From positions 7,277-71,276 of the IMG/VR virus record IMGVR_UViG_3300030098_004514: a DNA stretch of 64,000 bases. The stretch is one strand, 5' to 3'. Position numbers and translations under genes: made by a program. Numbering within the stretch: position 1 is the first letter of the stretch; every line of letters starts with the position of its first letter. Source of the DNA: a virus. This document shows positions 57,707-64,000 of the stretch, piece by piece. Below the pieces are notes generated by a model. The model was given only the letters and a program-made list of their open reading frames with translations, had not been told where the DNA came from and ran no database searches.

Positions 57707-57773
57707 ATTTCTTCTCTCATTAAATAGCTACCTACCATAGCCGTTATTAATATTAATATTATCCACTCTCCCA

Positions 57774-58034
57774 TTAGTCTAATCCGTCTCTATTATTCTT
57801 TAAAATACCTGATTCTTGGTCGCGCTTATGTGCTTCGTGTATAGCATTCGCGAGTAGTTCTTGCGAGTTAACCGAGTTAAACCAATCTTCTTTTTCCCAT
57901 ACATAGTATATCCATTTCCAAGCTTCGTGAGCAGTTTCAAACCAATTTTGATATTCATTTCCATAACTATCAGTTACTTCGGTGTTATACCATTCACCTT
58001 CTTTTCTTGTTATTTTATAATTTCTTTTACTCAT
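57774..58034 (-). CDS. Hypothetical early protein
   Basis: 86-aa Trp-rich ORF. Confidence 0.55.
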   Translation of the reverse strand: MSKRNYKITRKEGEWYNTEVTDSYGNEYQNWFETAHEAWKWIYYVWEKEDWFNSVNSQELLANAIHEAHKRDQESGILKNNRDGLD

Positions 58035-58036
58035 AA

Positions 58037-58303
58037 TTAATCTATTTCATCACAGTTTTCACAGTCTACTGCTTGTAATTTATCTACTCTTTCTATTATT
58101 TCATATAAATTATCTATATAAGTGTCAGCGTAAGTACTATCTACATGACCATTTGCTACATCTTCTACTATCCACTCAATCATATCATATGCGGTGTTTT
58201 CAATTTCATTTAACTCAAATTGGTCATTTACTTTGTTTGTAGTAAATGCAGATAGTATTGCTACTCCACCTATTACTAATATATTTCTTGTTATTTTCTT
58301 CAT
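58037..58303 (-). CDS. Hypothetical exported or membrane-anchored early protein
   Basis: Signal-like N-terminus MKKITRNILVIGGVAILSAFT and a C-terminal CENC. Confidence 0.55.
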   Translation of the reverse strand: MKKITRNILVIGGVAILSAFTTNKVNDQFELNEIENTAYDMIEWIVEDVANGHVDSTYADTYIDNLYEIIERVDKLQAVDCENCDEID

Positions 58304-58440
58304 AATTTAATATTTAGTTATTCCATTTTTACTTATTAATTTGTTTAAGAATTTGTCCATTTCTTGTTGAATTCTTTTTTTTCTTTGATATTCTTTCCAG
58401 TGTTCTAATGCTTCGTACATATTTATTTATTTTTTACATT

Positions 58441-58474
58441 TATATTATCAAATACTTATCGTATTTTGTTTGTA
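58441..58474 (-). promoter_or_regulatory. Early promoter (class E)
   Basis: Exact consensus upstream of a 37-aa ORF (58307-58420). Confidence 0.75.
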
Positions 58475-58581
58475 TTATTCTTTTTCTTCTGGTATTAATG
58501 CTACTAATAATTTTAGTATTCCGAGTGTTAACCATATTGCTATTATTGTTGACATATTCATATTTTTACTTATTAATATTT

Positions 58582-58624
58582 GTTGTAGTGTGAGAATCGA
58601 ACTCACAAAAACCATTACTACAGT
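58582..58624 (-). ncRNA. tRNA-like minihelix (acceptor-like stem plus T-arm, no anticodon arm)
   Basis: TGTAGT-AATGGTTTTT-GTGAG-TTCGATT-CTCAC-ACTACA on the minus strand. Confidence 0.45.
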
Positions 58625-58694
58625 GTACTCATTCATTTTTTTTACGAGGAAACAAGTGGAACTAACTCGACTTCGGGCGTGTATAGCAAAATTA

Positions 58695-58940
58695 TTATTT
58701 TACTATTGTTTGTAAGTCGCGACAGAAACTTGGTACACAATTTGAATTAGTGTATGACTTATATTTCTGAAAACAATTCATACTTTCAAATCTTTCTTTG
58801 TGAGTATTGTATACTTCATCATGATTATAAGAAACATTTTCTTGTTTTTTGTTTACAAAAGTTATAATTGTATTTTTACCAATTAGACTTTTTCTGATTA
58901 CAAATCTTTTAGTTGTTAATGTGTTAGTTAAATTTGACAT
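58695..58940 (-). CDS. Hypothetical early protein
   Basis: 81-aa ORF (KRFVIRKSLIGKN...YKSYTNS) downstream of a class E promoter. Confidence 0.6.
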   Translation of the reverse strand: MSNLTNTLTTKRFVIRKSLIGKNTIITFVNKKQENVSYNHDEVYNTHKERFESMNCFQKYKSYTNSNCVPSFCRDLQTIVK

Positions 58941-58986
58941 AGTTAATTTATTTTAGTTATTAATTTAATTTAGTTTATTTGTTTAT

Positions 58987-59020
58987 TATATTATCTTTAT
59001 TAGTTCGTTTTTAGTTTGTA
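58987..59020 (-). promoter_or_regulatory. Early promoter (class E)
   Basis: TACAA-N5-AAACGA-N9-GATAATATA, one mismatch from consensus. Confidence 0.7.
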
Positions 59021-59148
59021 AAAGTACGTAATTTGTTTATTTGATATTTTTACATTACTAGTACTACTCGACTTCTCAATGTTTACAATTGTAATTTAAT
59101 TTGCATTTGTGAATTGTTATTACTGTTATTGTTGTTTCTTTTTACATA

Positions 59149-59182
59149 TATATTATCAATATGTAGTCGTATTAGCTTTGTA
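59149..59182 (-). promoter_or_regulatory. Early promoter (class E)
   Basis: Exact consensus, with no sizeable ORF in the following 110 nt. Confidence 0.7.
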
Positions 59183-59183
59183 A

Positions 59184-59282
59184 TTATATTTGAGTAATTA
59201 CTGTGTGAATAGTGAAGGCGAATAAGCATAAGAATCCTGCTACATAGATTACATTGATAGTTGTGTTGATTAGTTTAGACAT
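59184..59282 (-). CDS. 32-aa hydrophobic peptide (not in ORF track)
   Basis: MSKLINTTINVIYVAGFLCLFAFTIHTVITQI*, directly downstream of the outermost class E promoter. Confidence 0.45.
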   Translation of the reverse strand: MSKLINTTINVIYVAGFLCLFAFTIHTVITQI

Positions 59283-59309
59283 GTTGTATTGTTTAAGTTA
59301 TTATCTACA

Positions 59310-59343
59310 TATATTATCCTGACGAGGTCGTATCTGGCTTGTA
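59310..59343 (-). promoter_or_regulatory. Early promoter (class E), outermost copy
   Basis: Exact consensus TACAA-GCCAG-ATACGA-CCTCGTCAG-GATAATATA. Confidence 0.75.
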
Positions 59344-59379
59344 AATATGCTATACATGGCGAGATTATAGTTAGATATA

Positions 59380-59530
59380 TGGGAGGACTGGGGATAGCCA
59401 GCTGAGGTATCATGCACGACGAAAGGTAAAACGTGAAAAATATGGGGAAAAACATGGAAAACAGGGGGCCGTGGGGTCCTAGGGTTTGACTTTTATTATA
59501 GGCGGGGTGACGGGGAGAGAGGGGGCAACA
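59380..59530. other. G-rich non-coding patch at the divergent junction (candidate genome end, pac site or origin)
   Basis: Multiple G4-G5 runs on the + strand of an AT-rich genome, between divergently transcribed arms. Confidence 0.4.
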
Positions 59531-59560
59531 CAAACTCTCTATATTCATAATATTTTTTTA

Positions 59561-59607
59561 TGTGACATTAGGTTATTAATAATAACTAGTAACAGGCAAT
59601 TGTCACA
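59561..59607. promoter_or_regulatory. Operator- or origin-like inverted pair TGTGAC-N35-GTCACA
   Basis: TGTGACATTAG...TTGTCACA matches the site at 53205-53250 and is followed by AT-rich DNA. Confidence 0.55.
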
Positions 59608-59747
59608 CTTAACAATTACTTAATACTATATTAATTAAATATTAATAATGAGCAGCGATTATAAATACATGGAAAAAAAATTAGACATATCACCAATAAT
59701 ATACATACTTATCTTAATTCTTGTATTCGCTCTATCTATTTAATAGT

Positions 59748-59777
59748 GTAAATTAGTAGTTTACTATGTGATAATAT
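59748..59777 (+). promoter_or_regulatory. Late/middle phage promoter (class L)
   Basis: GTAAA-TTAGTAGTTTACTAT-GTGATAATAT, 5 nt before the ATG at 59783. Confidence 0.7.
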
Positions 59778-59782
59778 AGATT

Positions 59783-60031
59783 ATGGCAAAACAAAAACTA
59801 TCAATAAAAGCTAGGGCTGCGAAAAAGAAAAGGGATTTAGCCGCTGCTAAGACGGCTGATCGTAGGAAGAAAAAAGCGGAAAACCAACGTAAGCGTAGGA
59901 AAGCTAAAAAGGATGGTAAAAATATAAAAGGTAAAGATTACGATCATAAGGATAAGAAGTTTAAGAGCGTGAAAAAGAATAGAGGAAATGATGGTAAAGG
60001 AACAAAACGCGAAGGAAAGCGAAAAAAATAG
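59783..60031 (+). CDS. Very basic small protein with a degenerate HNH-like segment
   Basis: Lys/Arg-rich. KGKDYDHKD...SVKKNRG resembles the D-H...N-R core of minimal HNH proteins. Confidence 0.55.
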   Translation: MAKQKLSIKARAAKKKRDLAAAKTADRRKKKAENQRKRRKAKKDGKNIKGKDYDHKDKKFKSVKKNRGNDGKGTKREGKRKK

Positions 60032-60076
60032 GGAAAGACCCTAGACCAAGTCAATATTAACCAAAAACAAACCAAA

Positions 60077-60370
60077 ATGACTTATTTATACTACAAGACT
60101 AGTACATTAACTAGCACAAGTAAACCGAATGAAAAAACTATTAACCAGTGGGAGCATTTAGCTGATAAGAAAAACTGGAGAATTACACAATTACCGAATG
60201 GATTTTACCAAACGGAAGTGTCAGATCCAGATAATGATAAAAATTGGCATGATGTTACACGTAGAGAGACCATAGAAGGCGCTGAAGCAGCAATTGATGG
60301 AAGCGTTGACCATTTCTCAAAGAAATTAGAGGCTACAAAAGGTCCTAAAGTTGTAAAAACATTCGAATAG
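60077..60370 (+). CDS. Conserved hypothetical phage protein
   Basis: 97 aa (WRITQLPNGFYQTE...DVTRRETIEGAE). Confidence 0.6.
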   Translation: MTYLYYKTSTLTSTSKPNEKTINQWEHLADKKNWRITQLPNGFYQTEVSDPDNDKNWHDVTRRETIEGAEAAIDGSVDHFSKKLEATKGPKVVKTFE

Positions 60371-60502
60371 TGAAGTTATTAAGCAAAATAGGCTTAATAG
60401 CTCTTGGGTGGATAGGTATATTATTTACAATATTTCTATACTATATATCTATTAAGTCTGTTTTCTTAATATTTTAATAAAATTTAATCAAATATAATAA
60501 AA

Positions 60503-62071
60503 ATGGAATACAATCAGCCTAGCGAGATTGTCAAGGATGTAAACTTTGGCGAAAACGCAAAAAATAAGGTAGTAGCTGGTGTTGAAAAGCTGGCAAAAGC
60601 AGTAAAATCCACTCTTGGAGCGTCTGGAAAGTGTGTAATATACGAAGATGCACGTGGAAACCCGGTGATTACAAAAGACGGTGTAACAGTAGCAGAATCT
60701 GTTGTCTTATTTGACCCGGTTGAAAATATGGGAGCAACCCTTATTAAAGAAGCTGCTAAAAACACAGTAAGAGAAGCAGGTGATGGTACTACTACGGCTA
60801 CCGTGCTTGCTGAATCTCTTTTAAAAGAAGTAAATAATAGTGATAAAAACACTAGAGAAATAAAAGACGGGATTAAATCCGGTCTTAAAAAGGTAAATGA
60901 TTACCTAGATAAGATTTCTGTCAAGATCGAGGGCGATATGCTGGAATCTGTTAGTTCAATAAGTTGTAATAATGATGAAGAACTAGGAAAGATTATAGCA
61001 GAAGCTTATACTAAAGTAGGTAAAGATGGTGTGGTACTAATGGAAGAGTCACCAACTGAAGAGACATACGTTGAAGTTGTCGATGGTGTTCAAATCGACT
61101 CAGGACTTACATCACCACATTTTATTACTGATAAAGATAAACAGGTTTGTGAACTTGATAATCCGTTAGTATTAATAGTATCTTCAGAAATACCAACTAT
61201 AAGAAGAATTCAAACGATACTGGAACATATTGTAAAAACTAAACGATCATTATTAATCGTTGCACCAGTAGATCAGCAAGTCAAAGCTGCTCTTCTTATG
61301 AATAAAGTAAAAGGTAATATAAAGGTTAACATCGTTGATTTACCAGGCTTTGGTCCTACTAAACAAGATACAGTAGAAGATTTAGCGTTTTTAGTTGGAG
61401 CAAAGGTCATTAATGAGCAACTAGGTGACGATTTGGATCTTATAGATATAGATTGTTTGGGAGAGGCTTATACAGTTGTTACAGATAGTAAAAACACTGT
61501 ATTAACTATAGAAACTCCAGAAGCAGAATTAAAAGAAAGGATTAAAGGTATACAGAAACTAATTGACAAAGAAGATAAAAATCCATTCATTAAGAAAAAA
61601 CATCAACAAAGATTAGCTATGCTATCAGGTTCTGTAGGAATCGTAAAAGTAGGTGCTGATTCTAAAGTTGAGATGAAGGAGAAAAAAGACAGGGTGGAGG
61701 ATGCCATCTATGCTACCCGAGCGGCGTTAAAAGAAGGAATTGTCCCTGGTGGCGGGGTCGCTCTTCTTAACGCCTCTCAAAAAATCACCGCTAAAGCGGT
61801 AGGTGAAAAGATATTACTCAAAGCTATTCAAGCTCCTTTTCATACTATATTAGCTAATGCTGGTATTACTATTATGAAAGATACTAAGGATCACGAGGGC
61901 TATGGGGTTAATGCTGTAACTGGAGAAAGAATAAAAATGATTGATGCTGGAGTAATAGATCCAGTGCTTGTTACTAAGTCCGCACTTAAAAACGCGGTAA
62001 GTGTAGTATCAACAATAATATCTGCAGATTGTGTAATTTCAAATATGAGAATGAATGAAAGCGATCAATAG
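60503..62071 (+). CDS. groEL: Chaperonin GroEL (phage-encoded)
   Basis: AVKSTLG, ITKDGVTVA, AGDGTTTATVLA and EGIVPGGGVAL. It has no GGM tail. Confidence 0.95.
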   Translation: MEYNQPSEIVKDVNFGENAKNKVVAGVEKLAKAVKSTLGASGKCVIYEDARGNPVITKDGVTVAESVVLFDPVENMGATLIKEAAKNTVREAGDGTTTATVLAESLLKEVNNSDKNTREIKDGIKSGLKKVNDYLDKISVKIEGDMLESVSSISCNNDEELGKIIAEAYTKVGKDGVVLMEESPTEETYVEVVDGVQIDSGLTSPHFITDKDKQVCELDNPLVLIVSSEIPTIRRIQTILEHIVKTKRSLLIVAPVDQQVKAALLMNKVKGNIKVNIVDLPGFGPTKQDTVEDLAFLVGAKVINEQLGDDLDLIDIDCLGEAYTVVTDSKNTVLTIETPEAELKERIKGIQKLIDKEDKNPFIKKKHQQRLAMLSGSVGIVKVGADSKVEMKEKKDRVEDAIYATRAALKEGIVPGGGVALLNASQKITAKAVGEKILLKAIQAPFHTILANAGITIMKDTKDHEGYGVNAVTGERIKMIDAGVIDPVLVTKSALKNAVSVVSTIISADCVISNMRMNESDQ

Positions 62072-62312
62072 ATATATAATAGTAAAAAATATAAAGGCAG
62101 AACCTAAAAAGGTTGCTGGTCTTATAGTAACGGACAATACAGATGTAGACAACCGTTATATAAAAGCAAATATAATATCATGTGGAAATCTTGTAGAAGG
62201 ATTAAAAGATGGTGACACGATATATTACGATAAACACGCTGGACACGACATATCATGGAAAGATACTCTTTATAGAGTTATTCGTGATGGTGACGTTGTT
62301 CTAGTAGATTAA
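62055..62312 (+). CDS. groES: Co-chaperonin GroES
   Basis: 85 aa (AGLIV...GNLVEGLKDGDTIYY...YRVIRDGDVV), overlapping the end of groEL. Confidence 0.8.
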   Translation: MKAINRYIIVKNIKAEPKKVAGLIVTDNTDVDNRYIKANIISCGNLVEGLKDGDTIYYDKHAGHDISWKDTLYRVIRDGDVVLVD

Positions 62313-62381
62313 GCCCAAACCATAATCCGTAAACCTTAAACTTTAAAACGAAAACAAATTATTAATTAAAAAAACAAAAAA

Positions 62382-62714
62382 ATGGCGTATAATGAAAATT
62401 TCCTTTGGTTTAACGAAGGAACAGACGCGGCCGATGCTACTGGCGATGGCCAAATGTATAAGTCTTCAAGTTTTTTAGGTGCAAATGTTACGGGTTCCGC
62501 TGAAGTAACTCTACATTTTGCCTCTAGAGATGGAGCTGCTACAGATGATCGGGTTATTATAACAATGGGCTCATCTGATGTAAAATTATTAATGCAGGAA
62601 TTAGCTGCAGTATTGTCTAACCCAAGAGGCGGTATATTTTACCAAACAGATTTTGTAGGAGAGGCTACAAATTTCTTATCTGGTACGAATACACTAGTAA
62701 TAACACCAGCCTAA
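62382..62714 (+). CDS. Small virion protein, paralog family B
   Basis: ENFLWFN...MYKSSSFLG...LHFAS...DDRVII. Confidence 0.55.
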   Translation: MAYNENFLWFNEGTDAADATGDGQMYKSSSFLGANVTGSAEVTLHFASRDGAATDDRVIITMGSSDVKLLMQELAAVLSNPRGGIFYQTDFVGEATNFLSGTNTLVITPA

Positions 62715-62730
62715 TTAAAAATATTTAAAA

Positions 62731-63084
62731 ATGAAAGGAGAAAATTATTTATATTTCAATGCTCACACAGCTGAACCGGCTGCTGATGACAAAGCTATGA
62801 TGATACCAGCTTCTACAGTTTTAGGTATTGCTGTAGGTGCTATTGCTGGAACTGTTGATGTTGATGCTATTTATTTAACTTGCGAAGGATTTGTAGGTGA
62901 TGGTAATAGTAGAGGTTCAGTTGTTTTAGCTGTAACAGAAGGTAAACTAGTAGAAGCTATGGACGATCTTGTATCTGCTATTAACTCTAATCCAGGTGAT
63001 GGATTTGTAGTTATAGCTGATGTTTTTAACAATACGTTTTGTAGTGAACACATAACGGGATGCACAGTAGATTCTGCTGTCTAA
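62731..63084 (+). CDS. Small virion protein, paralog family B
   Basis: ENYLYFN...MIPASTVLG...AMDDLVSAIN...VVIAD. Confidence 0.55.
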   Translation: MKGENYLYFNAHTAEPAADDKAMMIPASTVLGIAVGAIAGTVDVDAIYLTCEGFVGDGNSRGSVVLAVTEGKLVEAMDDLVSAINSNPGDGFVVIADVFNNTFCSEHITGCTVDSAV

Positions 63085-63109
63085 TATTAACTTATAAAAA
63101 ATAAAAAAA

Positions 63110-63907
63110 ATGAATAACGAAAATAAAAACTTTTTAAGATTTATGGGTTTCCGAAAGCAGACGTTTACTGTTGTAGCTAATCAAGTGCATGATTCTGGTC
63201 ATGGCGATGCTCAAACAGTAGATTTAACTGATGCTGCTGATGGATTTGGAAACATAGTAAACCCAGGAACAGTTGCTACAGACTTAATTGTTACTGTAAC
63301 TGCTGATGGTGCCGAAACTGGTCATAGAGGTACTCAATATACAATAGATGCTAACACAGGTGCTGCTTTTGCTGCGCCTGCTAACGTTGCTGCTGGAGAA
63401 GTAACTAGAATACACTCAGATGATTTAGCTTTACACGCTAGTAATGGTACGTTAACCTTTACAGGTGTATCAACAGCTGTAGGTTACAACTTAAGTTTAG
63501 GTGAAACAGTAACAGTATATTCTTACTTAGGGGCTGGTGACACTGATACTAAAGTAGTACCATTTCACTCTGTGCTTAATGCAACTAATGCGCACGCTGC
63601 TTCAACAGCATTTACAGAAAATGACGGTGTTGTTTTACCTGCTGTCAATTATTTAGGAGCTGACTCTATTAGCGCTACTGCTACAAGATTTTCTTTTAAA
63701 TCTTTAGCTGGTACAGCTGCTGATGATCATGTATTACTAATACACGGTTCTGGTAAATTTAAAGCTGCGTGTGAAATGATGCAAGCTGCTTTAAACGCAG
63801 ATTATAAAGGAACACCTATAGTTATTACTGATGTAGCTAATGGTATTGTTCCTTTTTCAGGACAATTTGATTTAGGAATAACAGCTTGTCAAATCACTTT
63901 AGCTTAA
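63110..63907 (+). CDS. Family B virion protein with a large insertion
   Basis: N-terminal NFLRF and C-terminal VLPAVNYLG...FSFKS...DDHVLL...MQAALN...IVITD flank an Ala/Thr/Gly-rich insert. Confidence 0.55.
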   Translation: MNNENKNFLRFMGFRKQTFTVVANQVHDSGHGDAQTVDLTDAADGFGNIVNPGTVATDLIVTVTADGAETGHRGTQYTIDANTGAAFAAPANVAAGEVTRIHSDDLALHASNGTLTFTGVSTAVGYNLSLGETVTVYSYLGAGDTDTKVVPFHSVLNATNAHAASTAFTENDGVVLPAVNYLGADSISATATRFSFKSLAGTAADDHVLLIHGSGKFKAACEMMQAALNADYKGTPIVITDVANGIVPFSGQFDLGITACQITLA

Positions 63908-63910
63908 TAA

Positions 63911-64000
63911 GTGAGACTAACCGCGCAGGATCTGCGTGAAATGAATATCCTTAAGTATTACAGGCTCACTAGAAAGTGGGTCTGTAAAACTTACGGGTTA
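63911..64000 (+). CDS. Hypothetical protein, 3' truncated
   Basis: GTG start, MRLTAQDLREMNILKYYRLTRKWVCKTYGL, open to the window end. Confidence 0.55.
   Translation, partial: MRLTAQDLREMNILKYYRLTRKWVCKTYGL

Noticed and set aside
58582-58624. Canonical tRNA gene
   Set aside because: It lacks a D-stem, an anticodon arm and CCA, so it is reported only as tRNA-like.
58441-59343. Regularly recurring motif as a CRISPR array
   Set aside because: The conserved boxes are interrupted by variable spacers, unit distances are irregular (about 160-550 nt), the copies precede ORFs, and no cas genes are present. A promoter fits better.
59270-59548. 92-aa minus-strand ORF across the junction
   Set aside because: It arises from the G/C-rich patch, overlaps a class E promoter and has atypical composition, so it is likely non-coding.
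1-64000. Stop-codon reassignment as in some crAss-like phages
   Set aside because: Long ORFs tile both arms under the standard code, TAG and TGA serve as stops at gene ends, and no suppressor tRNA was seen.

Overview
This window is about 64 kb of an AT-rich dsDNA tailed-phage genome with crAss-like (Cellulophaga phi14:2-style) gene organisation. The host is most likely Bacteroidota (probably marine Flavobacteriales), judged from Q-rule signal peptides, T9SS-type C-terminal tails, an Hc1-like protein and A-rich initiation regions without Shine-Dalgarno sequences. The genetic code is standard. The + strand from 1 to 42.9 kb carries the morphogenesis arm: portal end, scaffold, major capsid, tail ring and muzzle proteins, a SET/2OG-Fe(II)/GNAT trio, ejection proteins including a 3216-aa polyvalent protein, an envelope/T9SS-cargo module, small paralogous virion proteins, a lectin-like adhesin and an M15 endolysin. 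The - strand from 59.3 to 43 kb carries small early genes, then ligase, denV, an HTH protein, a sigma factor, ERF, RecE-like nuclease, SSB, primase-helicase, a TS-family enzyme with the dCMP-type Asp, MazG-like enzymes, an endonuclease and a frameshift-split class II RNR. No DNA polymerase is recognisable. The + strand after 59.7 kb carries groEL-groES and more paralogous virion genes. Most notable observations: (1) two exactly spaced phage promoter classes (7 early copies and 4 late copies) together with a sigma-region-2-like segment inside the giant virion protein, suggesting a cascade started by an injected sigma domain; (2) a strand-polar 10-mer, GTGTATAGCA, seen in 11 exact copies that crowd toward the 59.3 kb junction and flip orientation there; (3) phage-encoded T9SS cargo and outer-membrane barrels; (4) several candidate structured RNAs. 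All protein calls come from motif recognition by eye, not database searches.
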